In this document: positions 1-12,996 of the stretch, one piece after another
How positions within the stretch are numbered: the stretch's first letter is position 1
Layout: the number at the start of each line of letters is the position of its first letter
Assembly (NCBI GenBank): GCA_026026165.1
Contig: JAPEUD010000011.1
Span: 434,001 to 498,000, forward strand
Direction of reading: 5' to 3'
DNA: 64,000 bases
Source: Sarea resinae
Lineage: Eukaryota
The notes under the pieces: model-generated
The model's input: only the letters and a program-made list of their open reading frames with translations
Told to the model about the DNA's origin: nothing
Databases searched by the model: none
Translations under genes and position numbers: made by a program

Positions 1-1899
1 CAAGTTGGAGGTTAGAGGCAAGTTAGAGGCAAGGGAAGAGGGCAAGGGAGAGTCCCTGAAGGGGGAGAGAGCGCCCTGAAGGATGCTCGTTGCGAAGGTC
101 AAGTACTGCTGAGGTACCTCCCGACTCGGATCTACCGTGCAAGTACGGTGAAAGACTTGGTCGTGGCCAAGTACCGATGGAGTACCTGAATGACCAGGTT
201 CTGAGAGGTGTACTATTCCGTGCTCAGGTGCTCCTCCAAGTGCTCGACGATGCTTTCCATTCCTTCGAGCTCAAGAGGTTCAGTTGCTTCGACGGCGTCA
301 GACAGCGTCTCCTCGATCATATTTACGACAAGTCTTCTCTCCTTCTGAGCCATCAACCATCAACCATCAACACTCAACCCTGCTCGCGTTCAGAGTTCGA
401 AGTCGCAGATGCAGCCGTGCAGCTGCGGGCTCATTCGACACTGCAGCAGCAAGCAAGCAATCAAGCGCACGCCTGGCCACCCAACCCGTCGGGGTGGCAA
501 ATCGATCGTCAGGCGGTACCAGACGCACTCGTACTTGCAGGTGGTCGGTCCAGTACCGAACATCGGAGTCGAGACTGCTATGGTAGGGGCCAAGGTACCT
601 CGCCTGGACCTTCGCTACCTACTTCATAAGCTGCAGCATCCCCTTGCCTTGAGCCGTTCGCTTTCAAGACGACGGGCCAACGAAGGTACCCGGACTACTT
701 CACGCTTCAGCAGTACTGATGGCCGTTCTTGACTCTGTCTCTCTCTTCCAGAGCATCATCCGCCTTCGATCCGACCGCTCATCCGGCTCATTCGACCCCT
801 TGATGGAGCAAGGTACCTACTGCGTACTCCGTGGGGATCACGGTACTCCACAGTACCTTACTCATAGACTGGAGTACTCCGTAGTGGAGATGTCCTGCGA
901 GGTACCTTTTCCCAGCCAAACGGCTAAATCGACGGCATATCATCAGCAACCAATCACGCGCCTAGACCCATCACACCATCATCGGACCCACGAACGCCAC
1001 GCCCGCTAGCACCGAAGCGCTAGAAGCCTTCTCGAATCCTTCCTCGAATGATCTTCGATCCTTCTGCCACCCGCCCACACACCCTGGCCCACCCAGGCTA
1101 CCAGTTCGAGTCAGCCCAAGACATCGCGGCTCTGATCACATCGATGCAAGCCAAACCCCGTGCCCCTGCGCAGTTGATTATGTTTATGTTACACCCGAGT
1201 CTGAAGAATTGAAAATGGTTCACGGCTTACGGGCCAACTGCGATCCAGAGACAAGTATTCCATCGAAAGCGTAGAGTCTGCCTTGCATGCATGCCACCGC
1301 GATCTTCACCCTATCGAAACGCAGAATCGCCGACTTGAGATCTTCGCGATGGGAGATATCATAATTGGCACCTGCATCCAATAGGGAGCTGCTCTTACCT
1401 AGATGCCAGAGCTCTTTTCCAAGTTTCTTCATCGACGAGCTGGCAAGAACTGAATTGAATCAATACCGCATCCACTTCGAGGGATCATCCCTGTCCCCAG
1501 CTGTCTCAGCTGCTGGGTATCTGCACGATGATAACGTTGATCGTTGTGGACAGCGATGGCGGCAGCCTCGGCAGTACGACGCTGATCCCCGGTTGAGTCC
1601 AGGCATCGGCCGGCCGCATGCATACGCTGCAAGCCTGCAACGACCCGTCAGAGCGTTTGGGGCTTGCATGAGGATGGATGATCTTGTTTGAGTTTCAGTC
1701 CGACTGATGTGATAAATAAAAGGTAGGGGGCGACGAGGTTGCAACATAACGATACTGTGTCGTCTGCATGTCTTATTCTATATACGGACCCTCTAGGATG
1801 ATGATTGTGCGGCGGAAGAGAAGAAAATGAACATGACCGTAGACCCAATACAACAGTCGCCTATAGGTTATGACTTTACAGGGCTAGCAAACCAGTCCA

Positions 1900-4800
1900 T
1901 CATTCGGGCACGGCAAGCAATTTGTTCCGTCGTCGGATCTCCGTCCACCGGCTCTGCTGCCCCAGCTCAAGCACACTCATCCTGCGCATCTTGCCACTCG
2001 GATTGCCAATCACAACCGGTCGCCATTCTTCGCCACCATACGATCTCCGAGTTCCAAACACTTCGTCAGGAATGACCTGGACCTCTTTGAACCTCCACAG
2101 TACCAACACGAGCAGGAGCGTCAGTATCAAGAGCACGCCCGCTACGACGCCTGTCGCAGCCTGCGCTCCAATTCTCCTCTCGACAACGCCGCCAACGGCG
2201 GTCGCGACGGCCGCCATCAGGAATCCCATTGTCTGCGTAATGGCAAAGGCTGCACTGACGCGCGGATAGCACGAATAGCTTGTCCTCTTCCTCAAAACAC
2301 TTTCGGGCACACTTTGTCCTCGCGGCTTGCCCGTCATCCCAGGCTGGAGATCTGATGTATCATAAGTCTCCATGATAATTCCATGACACTCGGCTATGGC
2401 TAGATTCGAGATGAAGCCAATGATAGCGGCGAATATGGTCGGTACTATGTAATGGAGCGGTGGTCCTTTGGACGACAAGGTATAGGCCAAGTCGGCAAAA
2501 GGCAGGACGAGCATGAAGACGGCCCTTCGGACTAAATGCGAAGTCCATGTGACCCGCTTTTGAAAAGTCATGCTATCTGTTCGTGGTGGCTGGCGTCTCG
2601 ATCGGCTGAATAAGGAGGCCTTCTGGAACGGAATCGCTAACAAAGCACCTAGTGGGACTGCAAAGACGCAGAGTCCCACGGCGTGAGGTCGAAAGTGGTA
2701 ATACTTGGAAGTCAACGCTCCGAGAAGCTGCATCACTGGTCAACAAAGTCCGTTTTGTCACACATCCAACGGACACTTACCACAACCACTATAATGATCT
2801 GACCGTACAGCCATGCCAGGTACACTGACATCACCAGAAAGCCTGGCTGTCGTATCATCCTGATACACATAATGATTCCAGACGAAACCTCATCCCACCA
2901 CCATCCTGGTCCGGTCGACCTCAGATGCATCGTGACCTCCCCCCGAGCAACTCTTCTCGAGATATCTGTTCCTGTCCTAACCTCCGTGACCGATCGACGA
3001 TACGGAGACCGCCGAACCTCGGGAGTAAGAACATTGAGAAGGAGAACAGCAGCTATGATGATAATGGCAATCCAAAATCCCCACGCTGGTTCAAGACTGT
3101 TAATAATGAGAGCTCCTATGAGAAAGCCAAATCCAATGGAGCCAATAAAACACCAGGACCATATACCCAACCAAAGGCCCATTCCACCGCCATGGCGTCG
3201 CACATCATGCTCGTTGACCAGCTCCTGGTGGGGATTGGAGCTTTGCAAAGAAGATCCAAATAGGTCCAAAAGGGTAGCCAATAGATTTATATTTGCGAAG
3301 CCCATGGCGATTCCAGAGAAGGCCCTTGGAAGCAAGAGGCCTGTACGGAAAGTTGCTCGGTATGGTGATCTAGGGGCATTGATGGCTAGTGCTTGAGGAA
3401 ACTGAAGCGGTAGGAGCACGGCCAGCGCCATCAGAGTATACGGCTTTCGGCCATGCAGCAGAGGTAATGGCCAACAGATCAGCGTTGGAATCGCCAAGCC
3501 AAGATACAAACTATATTGCCATTAGTATGATCATGGCACGAATGAGATGATGCAAGACCTACACCACATTTCCGAGAATCGCATAATGGTGCTCGTCTGC
3601 AATTCGGTATTGTATCTTTGGCACTTCCCCGGCCTGGCTCTAATTCAGTTACTTCATCAGGCCTCAGAAAGATAATTACGTACGTATACTCCAATAAGAA
3701 ACCCGATCAGTGCTGTGCTGATGCATGCAACTGCCGCTACCGTTCGCTTTCTTGTCTTGTCCCAATCTCTTGCAATAGGTTGTCGACGGTGCGAGCGACT
3801 TAGGCTGAAGCCGTGAGGATCCCTAATGCTGAAATGATGATGGCGTCTAGAGCTGTGGAGATTTCCAGTGGACTCCAGCGGCTGGCCCTGAGTGGCTATC
3901 CCTGAATTGATGGTTGAAAGCCCCGGCCTAGGGTTCTCAGCCCCAGAAGGCGCTGGATCATTACCATGGATGACTGCCTTTTCTCGATTTCTAGAGTCAA
4001 TGGCAGCTGGTGCAGAAGCCAATGAAACTGTTCTTCCCAGATTCGAAGAGCTTGAGCGCGGGTTGATTGGCGGTTCGCGAAATATTCCGATATGCTCGCG
4101 AACGACTTCTTTGCTAGGCAAGGTAGGCGGATGGCGCGATCCTCTGGAAATTATGGTAACCTGCTCGATATCCGGGGTTTTAGCAGGAATGGGTTCAGCT
4201 GGAAGATGCAAGTGCCGGAGCCTTATTCCCGACAAGTCAATGGTCGATGAGCTGGTGTCGGTCGACGACGAAGCAGCACTGGCTACCTCCCCTCCTAGGG
4301 GATAAGCCCAATCGTAAGATCTGTAGAACCTATCAGGAGTTGGTATATTCGATATCTCCGATTGCTTGAGGGAATTGTTATCTCGACCAGTCTCTTCTGG
4401 AGATGGCGGCTGGCGGGGAGATGCCTCCAGACGGATAGGGGCGTCAGACACATTTCCAGAGGTCATAGCCGAAGCTGGTGTATATGCCGTCTTGTCATGT
4501 GCTATAGAATCTTGGCCCTCATCTTCAAATTTGTTGCTCGGTTCAACAACGGGTACGTGATTAATGGGACTGTACCCCACATGTAGGCCCTTCGAAGATA
4601 GTGACGAAGCTCTACCAGATGATGTGCTAGAGTCAGAAGAGGTTACCGGAGATTCTGTAGATGGATCAGCTTTCTTATCCTGCTCGTTCCCGGCGGCGCC
4701 TGGCTCAGAAGCACACAGTGAAGCAGGTAGTAGCTTACCGTCAGCTTTCGATATATCCACAGCGCTAGCATTATTACCCCGCAGGACAAGAGCGGCCTCT

Positions 4801-6362
4801 TCTAGTACTGCAGAAAGATCTCCTGTGTCTTCCCTTTCAGCGGCCTGTTTTGCAATGAACAACGCCTCCTGCAAAAGATCCTCAAGATCAAGGATGACTT
4901 TCGTGAAAGATTCGGATGCCAAGTCTTGCTCGTTTCTCTCCACAGTCTTAGCTTGAAAAATCGGCGGATCGATGTTTACTGAACCATCATTTGTAGCTGC
5001 GTTTTTCCCTGTAGTGAGACCTGATCGAGATCGCCTATATGGCCTTGCGGTCAAATGGGATACATATCTTCCAGAGGATGTTTTGCCGGGCTCGCGCTTC
5101 AGTAACTTCCGCATCCATCCTGTTCGTTGGGAACCGTCTTGCTTGGGAGCGGCCTCTCCGTGAGAAGCAGGTAGCGTCCCACTTGAAGTCCGGCTAGGTA
5201 CTTGGCTGGAGAACGACGGTCGGAGACTTTTGCTTGAATGACTACGTGCTGCAGATACCCGGTCGGCAGAGACGCGCTTGATGCTCAGACCACGAGCTTC
5301 CCGCACGCTACTACCGTACGACGGCACGTCATGTAGTGGCTGGTTTACTTTGTTGCTGTGTGGCGTGCTGACTTTATCGCTACGACGCTCGACACTGTAA
5401 TTAGATGAAGAAGTATCAGAAGCCTGGTTCGGTTGACTACTAGCCTCCTTTGCCGTTGCAATCGGTCCTATCTCCTTTTCTCCATTGTTTAGTTGCGACG
5501 ACAGCTTAGAGGTAGCTCCTGAATTGCCCATAGTCAAGTGCATGGGATCATGGCTAAAATATTCTTTATTTCGCCCATGAAGAACTTCCACGACTGAAGG
5601 AAGGGAGCCATCATCATTGAACGACTCAATCCCCATCGTCAGCGCAGGGGGGACTGGCAGTCCCATATCCAATGACATACCTGACGGCTTCAAGAGCATG
5701 TGGTAATGGTAGCGGTGAGACTTTAATGAGGCCGTTGGATGAACCGAAGGTCGAGGGGACTTCGACCGCAGTGATGGCATGGAACCAATAGCCCGAATGG
5801 CTGGTTCGGAGAGCAAGAAGGATTTCACTTCGTCTACTGGTGCCGTGGCAGCCAGAGGGAATTGAGTTGTAGTTTGCGTATCGGGCTGATTCTGTGCGTT
5901 CGTAATTGGATTCGGTGTTGTATCTTCACCTTCTGAGCCCATCTCCGGCTCAGATACATAGTCACTGGGAATGTTGTGAGAAGCAGGGCCAAGATCCTCG
6001 TTGATAGGTGGCAGAGCAGCTTGAGAGACTGTTTGTTGCTCATCTCCAGGACAGTCAGGGCCCTCCAATTGCTTTGGCTCCTCATGAACGGGACTGACGA
6101 CTAAAGGCGTAAGCTTCGCGGGGCTCCAAGCAACAATGCTCGAAGCTTCGCCGGTAGACAGGCGTTGTACGTTCCTTTGGTCCAGACCTGAATTGACTGG
6201 AGAGAGTATAGCATCTTCGCTCGTATCCCGCAACAAGCCAGTACCGGAATTACTGAGCTGCCTCCGAACAGCATGCATGCCGGCTTCTTCCATTGGCCCC
6301 TGAGACCCGTCGAAGGTTTTGCTAACCATGTCGGACGATTGTATGGCTGACTGAGCCAGCAT
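1900..6362 (-). CDS. Major facilitator superfamily transporter with ~870-aa low-complexity N-terminal extension; 4 exons (6362-3684, 3633-3563, 3510-2781, 2727-1900)
   Basis: Three ORF-track segments join in frame through canonical GT..AG introns (3683-3634, 3562-3511, 2780-2728), with a short exon reading AGEVPKIQYRIADEHHYAILGNVV. The C-terminal part has many hydrophobic helices and the motifs PLLHGRKPY and WGFWIAII typical of fungal MFS permeases. Confidence 0.85.
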
Positions 6363-7410
6363 TGCAATGCTCCGAGCTGGAGCAGAAGCGGGTTCGCTTG
6401 TACAGTGCTGGCTGCCAGGACTTATTGATTGAAGGGACGTGTCGAACTGTTAGACTCGGACTTGATAAGTGACTCGTGGGAAAATGGTCGGTGCCAAGGG
6501 ATGCCAAAAGTGGATGGATTGCGGTAGGGATGTCTTCGTCGATGCTGAATGTAGGCAATAGGGTAAGATCTGGACCGCATTTACGCTCATGGAATAAAGA
6601 TGATTTCTATTCATGAGAGAAATGTCCATCCATCAAGAAGCAGAGGTCATAGGGAAATGAAGGTAGAAGATGAGGAAAAGAGATAGCTGTTGAAGGGAGT
6701 ACATGAAGAAGATAAACATGGAACAGGTCGGAAGACGATGAGAGGATGCAGTGATGTAGAATATAAGATAGAGCATGAATCTGAGATAGACATAAATCGA
6801 AGATACTAAGTCCGCGAGGAAGGAGGGCAGGAAGGAAGAGGCAGTTGCCCATTCGGCAGTCGACATCGAGAGCCCCCCATTCTGAGAAGGAGCAGACGAG
6901 TCGACTGTAGTGCCGTCAACATCCTCCCTTATCTGGTTGCCAACCTACCTAGGTAGGTAAGTAATCGTGATTCGGTGTCAACTCATCCTATGGCTGTCCC
7001 GACCATTTCGTGCTGGGTCGGCCGAGCATCAGGCTACGCCAAGCAGTGATCGAGCAAGATAGTGTTTCAAGGCACATCGATGATTTGAAATAGCATCCTC
7101 TGAGTGACCGTCCATTCCTGAGATATGCCTGACTCCCCAAACTCCCGAGGTGGGAGGTGGTGACTTTCACCACCTTATCTTATCTGACCCCTCTTCGGGA
7201 TCTCCCACCCCTAGCATTCCCTACTGCGTAGGCGTATCCATGGATGTCATCATCCTCTGCAGCGACACCTCTGCCTGGAGCTCAAGGACTCGGGAGCTTG
7301 ACAACAAAACATCTGACATTCCCACGCCATTGACGAGCACAGTATCGCAATACTGTCACCATTCTCACTGTCTCGAACATCACCTCTATCTTACCGCTCG
7401 TACCTTCACC

Positions 7411-8376
7411 ATGGTATCGCTCCTCAAGAAACCTGTCAAATTGGCCCTGGTCCAACTAGCAACTGGTAATACCCCCCCTCCTCCCTGCCCCTCCCCCACC
7501 TAAGTCCACAACATCCACATCCCTAACCCTCCAACAGGCGCCGACAAAGCCGCCAACCTCGTCCACGCCCGCCAAAAAGTCCTTGAAGCCACGCGCTCGG
7601 GCGCAAAAATTGTCGTCCTCCCCGAATGTTTCAACTCGCCCTACGGCACCCAGTTCTTTCCAAAATACGCCGAGACGCTGACGCCGTCGCCGCCATCGCA
7701 AGACCAATCGCCAAGCTTCCACGCGCTGTCGTCGCTGGCAAAGGAGAGCAACGCCTACCTCATCGGCGGCTCCATCCCGGAATATTCGCCCGCGACCAAG
7801 AAATACCACAACACGTCGCTGACGTTCTCGCCGACGGGCGCGCTGCTGGCCACGCATAGGAAGGTGCACCTCTTTGACATCGACATCCCGGGCAAGATCT
7901 CGTTCCACGAATCAGAGGTGCTCTCGCCGGGGAACAAGGTCACCATCATCGACCTGCCCGAGTACGGGAAGGTGGCCATCGCCATCTGCTACGATATCCG
8001 CTTCCCCGAGCTCGCCACCGTCGCCGCCCGCAAGGGCTGCTTCGCGCTGATCTATCCCGGTGCTTTCAATCTGACCACCGGTGCCCTGCATTGGTCGCTC
8101 CTGGCGCGCGCTCGTGCCGTCGACAATCAGATATATGTTGCTCTGTGCAGCCCGGCGCGGGACATGGAGGCTAGCTACAATGCGTGGGGACATAGCATGA
8201 TTGTAGATCCAAACGCGCAGGTGGTGGCCGAGACAGAAGATAAGGAGGATATCATTTACGGTGAATTAGAGGGGCCTAAGATTGAGGAATATAGGAAGGG
8301 CATCCCGGTTTATATCCAGAGGCGATTTGATGTGTACCCTGATATCAGCGTGGGGGATGTCAAGTATGAGGAGTAA
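7411..8376 (+). CDS. NIT3: Nitrilase-superfamily omega-amidase (Nit2/Nit3-like); exons 7411-7465, 7538-8376
   Basis: Glu-Lys-Cys catalytic triad motifs VVLPECFNSPYG, HRKVHLFDIDIPG and AICYDIRFPE, plus ARARAVDNQ and AWGHS. Intron GTAATA...CTAAC...CAG at 7466-7537. Confidence 0.92.
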
Positions 8377-9092
8377 GGCTGTTTTACTAACCTCGATGAA
8401 TTGCTGAATGCATGATGAGCTTCTTACTATACTATCATAGTACTCTAATGCAAGCCTCCCAAATTTTAAGGTTACTCCATATCGCCACATATTTCGAGCT
8501 TGTTTCACCTAGACAAGTCTGGCTATTGCAAATTTGCTGGTAATTGTTTTTTAATTTCCATTGGCTATGGATTGAACGAAAGGAAAGTTGAGGTACAAGA
8601 ACGCCATTTAGTCCCGGCATCGTTATGCATATCGTAGTGGTGCTTTGTGGTCGAAGCAAGGTCAAGCAAAGGAGGAGGGCCGCCTAAAGAGGCTCGCCTT
8701 GTAATGGACAAGGACCATGAAAGGGAGATGCAGGCATCGACGAGAGTACGATATTAGGTAGAGACAGCAGAAATGTGTCAAAGAGAATCGAACGAAGGAA
8801 TTCGTCCGGGCTATGTGATGTGACGTGACGTTCAAGAATACAAAGGAAAGAGAGACAAGATTTTGTGCTATCGTGCGGGTCATGTATTCGTCTTAGCATG
8901 TCGTAAAAAAAAGAAATACGTTGCCCTCGTGCCCTCATAGGAACAGGGGTCGATTTGAAGTTTCAGCCGGAGCAGATAATACACATTAAGGAAATGATAC
9001 GCTGGGTAAGGTGAAACTCTTTTGAGCTATCATCAGTCGCACATAATCCATTATTTCAATAGAAGGATCGATTGCCGTAGACCACAGCCAAC

Positions 9093-12000
9093 TCATCTTG
9101 CCAGACCGATCACAATCATTGCCGCCACTATTCCAGCAGCCGCCGCGGCAGCGGCAGTCCAACCAATCCAGAGCGCAAACCTCTTCTCAGCATTTGCAAA
9201 ATGTTCAATTTCGCCACGAGAGATCTGGACTATGACAGCATCCATCAAGCCATAGCCATACAGCAAGAGCAGAGGCGGGAATAGGAAGCAGAGTCCGAGA
9301 ACGAGCCTTGAAAGATTGCGCTTACGCTTAGATGTAGTGGCGACAATTGATGACTCTGGACGCGGGAAGCGGTACAAGCAAGCACCGGGCCATACAACAG
9401 CAGATCGCCTCTTGGGGTTGTACAATTGCGTGGGTGAAAATGCTTCGACTGAATGACGCGAGGGATAGTCGGGGAAATCTGAGCTGCTAGAGCACTGTGA
9501 AGAGCCATCCTCACTATACTGAGATACTGACAGCAGAGATATGGAACGAGATTCGCGAACGGGTTGGAGAGGGGTCCCCCGAGCGTGGCGACCAAAAGAA
9601 CGTGGCAATAAACCATCATCAACGAGTTGCATGCGATGAGTGCTTAGACGGCTCTTAGACCATCCAGGTGGGCCATATAGTTGATCAGAGGCTAGCGTAC
9701 GGGAAGTCGAATCGACCTCACTGCATTCGTAAGGGAAGAGCTTGCGCTCAACCGGGCAGTACGCCATAGGTGGTCGAGCATGGGATTGTACGCTGCTGCT
9801 CCATTCCATGCCCGGACTGGATCCGTTTGCAAGACTGCTACCGACTTCGCGCATGCCCGTTCCACCCGGTGTACCCGTAAGGTTTCCTCGAGGCCCTAAG
9901 GGACTGGCATTGGAAAAACTCCCATTCATCTTTGGAAGGCTGATAGACGTGTCGAGTTGCGAGCCCGTGTCATCGAATATGCTCACCCATGTATCGGAGC
10001 AGTATGGATCATCATCTCCAGCAGCAGAGCAAGCCTGGAAACTAAAGCTCTCACCACAATCATCTTGCTTCGCCATCTCATCGTAATCTGCGACATCGGG
10101 TTGGGAGAGCTTGGGAGTGTGATGGTTTCCGTGGAGATCGTCGTAGCCACGATCGACCTTTTCAGGGGTGCCGATTATAGGGGGGGATGAGCTAAAGGGA
10201 TGAGTATGTTCTTTCGCCAACGGGGTTGGGTGCTGGTAACGACGATCCAACGAAGACGGCGATGGCATAGGCGTTGTCCATGCATTACGATTTGGAAACG
10301 ATGATTCTTCTGTAAAAGAATAAGTCGGTAGAAGAGCAGGAACTCCGTCAGGAGTAGTCGTCCTAACACGGTAAACATGATCGAATCGCTGATCAGCTGG
10401 ATGTCGAATGACCCTATCGGGCGGAAGGAAGAATCGTGGAGAGATAGAGGCACCATTGCTCTCCAACCTGTCGGCCGAGAGTCCAGAACCTCTTCCGTAT
10501 GCGCTGAAGACACGGCTTCCGGGTTCGGTCTCCCAGTCCGCATCATCGTCGCCACATTGATCCTCACTAAGGCCCGACCTAGGGGTTGAGCCGGTAGGAT
10601 TCATACCCAAAGGGTTGTAATCGATTTTATGATCTTCCTCATTAGAATCATAGCTTGATGATACAAGACCACTCTTGCAGCTAAATGAAGTATGGCTTCC
10701 GCTAGGTCTCGTAGGTTTGCCCTCATCATTCGTATCCGAAAATTGCCATTTGCTGTCCTCTCGCAATACGAACAAACTACCACTCATCTCGCTCAAGCCG
10801 CTCACTTGGCTGAAATGTCTTAGGTCTTGGCTGATCTCCATCTGAAGTTCTTGACTCGGCTCATGCTCAGAGGTTGAATGTGACCCGGAAGATTTATCAA
10901 TGGCAAAAATGGAGATTTTCCCGCTACTGAGACGTGAAGAGTTTCTCGTGGAGCTCGATTTCTGGCAATCGGAAGCAGAGAGGTTTCCGGGCTTCATCTG
11001 TCCAAGTTCTTTGCCTCTGCTAGGATTCGCAAGCGTGTCATTGACTGAAACCGGCTGGACTTCATCGCTCTGCCGCCAGTCGTCGTCATTGTTAAACGAG
11101 GAAAGCTTCTGGGATGATAGACCCAACAGGTTACGGGTGTTCATGATCGAGGAGCGCGAAAAGCTATCAGAGTTGATTGATAGGTCACGATAGGCTAGGA
11201 AAGAAGGTCGTTGGAAATAGCTTGGTGGGCCGCGTGGAAGGGCTCCGCTAGGTGGCGGCCCTACTACTCCCACCAGATTACCTTTTTGCAGGCCGGCACT
11301 GTCGTTACTGGGAGCCTCGTAACTCTGGTTATCCTTGATCGCGACATTGCGGCTCGCATTTTTGCAGTTCAGTACGTATGAAAGCTTCTCGTTCCACGCT
11401 TGGGGGTTTTCCGACTTGTTGGGGCTTGCCTCTTTACAGGAAGAGTCAAACGCGTAATCGGCATCAGCTCCTTCGTGCAACGATGAATTTGATGAAGTAC
11501 ACGATTTTGATGTATCCTCTAAATGACCAGCTGGTCTCATCTCCGAGGCCTTGTTACCGTCCGAATCACTGTAAACATCACGACGCGTATTGTTCGAACG
11601 GGCGGTTATCGACGTATACGCTGAAGGAAGATCCTGGAAAATGGCACGGGGTGGAGTCGGCTGCTTGTTTGTCTGTTCCTTGCCAGCTTGTGGCTGAGCA
11701 ATGGGTGCAGTCATCGTGAAAGCTTTGTCCAAGAACACTTTCACCGTTGACTCGCTCTGTCGATCACCTGAACGTGAGGACCCGAGATGGTTCCAAGTAT
11801 CGAGTGCGGCTCCAGGATGGTGTAAGTCGGGTGTCGGCTTCTGAACTGTAGCGTGGGACCCAATGGATGCTGATTGACGTTGTGAGTGTATGTCGTGGGT
11901 GAGGTATTGCTGAAATGAATTTGCTGCTGCAGGTGGCAAAGGAAAATTTGAGATGGATGGTCCAGACGAGTCTGTAAGCGTCAAGCTGTGTGCGTTGCCC

Positions 12001-12290
12001 TTGGTGCTAGTAGACCTGATGGGAGTGTCTCTCTCAGACTGATTCGGAGGAGCAGCTTCCAAGCTACGAAGGACGGCCTCGCTATCCTTCAGGAATTGAA
12101 AGGAGCGATAGTAATCCTCTTCTTGACCGGCGTTCAGTTCAGGCGTCTGAGATAATCTGTGGGTGCGCCAAAAGTCAAGCTTCTCATTCACTTCATTGTT
12201 TACATGGGAACCCTCAGTCACAGATCCACGGCTGTCGTGGGGGTGAATAGATGTCCGGAAGGACTGTCGACCAGTATGCCAACGATCCAT
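9093..12290 (-). CDS. Hypothetical ~1065-aa Ser/Pro-rich low-complexity protein with C-terminal hydrophobic (transmembrane) segments
   Basis: Uninterrupted 3.2-kb ORF; first true ATG at 12290 (the track used an alternative start at 12302). The C-terminus has LVLGLCFLFPPLLLLYGYG and ALWIGWTAAAAAAAGIVAAMIVIGL hydrophobic stretches. Confidence 0.75.
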   Translation of the reverse strand: MDRWHTGRQSFRTSIHPHDSRGSVTEGSHVNNEVNEKLDFWRTHRLSQTPELNAGQEEDYYRSFQFLKDSEAVLRSLEAAPPNQSERDTPIRSTSTKGNAHSLTLTDSSGPSISNFPLPPAAANSFQQYLTHDIHSQRQSASIGSHATVQKPTPDLHHPGAALDTWNHLGSSRSGDRQSESTVKVFLDKAFTMTAPIAQPQAGKEQTNKQPTPPRAIFQDLPSAYTSITARSNNTRRDVYSDSDGNKASEMRPAGHLEDTSKSCTSSNSSLHEGADADYAFDSSCKEASPNKSENPQAWNEKLSYVLNCKNASRNVAIKDNQSYEAPSNDSAGLQKGNLVGVVGPPPSGALPRGPPSYFQRPSFLAYRDLSINSDSFSRSSIMNTRNLLGLSSQKLSSFNNDDDWRQSDEVQPVSVNDTLANPSRGKELGQMKPGNLSASDCQKSSSTRNSSRLSSGKISIFAIDKSSGSHSTSEHEPSQELQMEISQDLRHFSQVSGLSEMSGSLFVLREDSKWQFSDTNDEGKPTRPSGSHTSFSCKSGLVSSSYDSNEEDHKIDYNPLGMNPTGSTPRSGLSEDQCGDDDADWETEPGSRVFSAYGRGSGLSADRLESNGASISPRFFLPPDRVIRHPADQRFDHVYRVRTTTPDGVPALLPTYSFTEESSFPNRNAWTTPMPSPSSLDRRYQHPTPLAKEHTHPFSSSPPIIGTPEKVDRGYDDLHGNHHTPKLSQPDVADYDEMAKQDDCGESFSFQACSAAGDDDPYCSDTWVSIFDDTGSQLDTSISLPKMNGSFSNASPLGPRGNLTGTPGGTGMREVGSSLANGSSPGMEWSSSVQSHARPPMAYCPVERKLFPYECSEVDSTSRTLASDQLYGPPGWSKSRLSTHRMQLVDDGLLPRSFGRHARGTPLQPVRESRSISLLSVSQYSEDGSSQCSSSSDFPDYPSRHSVEAFSPTQLYNPKRRSAVVWPGACLYRFPRPESSIVATTSKRKRNLSRLVLGLCFLFPPLLLLYGYGLMDAVIVQISRGEIEHFANAEKRFALWIGWTAAAAAAAGIVAAMIVIGLAR

Positions 12291-12961
12291 TGCGAATAGC
12301 ACTTCATAAAGCAGTTATGGCGTCCACTTGCCCTTTGCTCTCAGCCAAGCTATGGTGTACTCGGCATTCGATAGGCAGACACTTGGATCTGAGGCATCTG
12401 CAGTAAGTTAGTCTGAACTTTGATCGACATTGCTGCGGCATGCTGCAGCTGAACCAGCTCCAAAAGCGACATTCGAGCAAACGACCGCCGCTGCAGCCAA
12501 GCCCCGCGAACTTTTACTTACACCACCAACAGAAAACCTTAGGTTCTTCTACCACGCCCAACCTGCAGTCCGCTGCTATGGCGTTGAGGTGTATCGTCTC
12601 GAATCCGGTAATATTCAAAGTCGGAGACGCAAACAAGGAGATCAAAATAGAAAGATAGGACGGCAGTCTATAGGAACAGCAGGCTATATTACAGAGTATC
12701 AGGGCAGAGGTTATTCGTTGATTGCTGGCAGTCACGACGTACGCTTGACGGGCTCACGTTGGAAGGAGAGGAGGAGAGAGGAAGAGAAGGAAGCTCGGAC
12801 TCGTGAGGAAAGAAAGCCATTGTCTGCAAGGATCGACAGCCGACGAATTCAGCTGGGATTCAATCTTATTATACATGCATCTAAAGGCAAGATCTCCATC
12901 TCGAGATAAGGCACGGTGCGGGTGGCGGCTAGCAGGCAGGGACTGATAGGAGGATGACGCC

Positions 12962-12996
12962 GTGGACGGTGGACAGTGGACGGTGGACGGTGGACG
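12962..12996. repeat. 7-bp tandem repeat (GTGGACG/A) x5
   Basis: gtggacg gtggaca gtggacg gtggacg gtggacg read directly. Confidence 0.9.

Noticed and set aside
11..50. GTTAGAGGCAA repeats as telomeric sequence
   Set aside because: Only two imperfect copies; not a TTAGGG array.
1220..1432. 70-aa ORF containing LLDAGANYD as an ankyrin repeat
   Set aside because: Single short match without the rest of the ankyrin consensus or a supporting exon structure.
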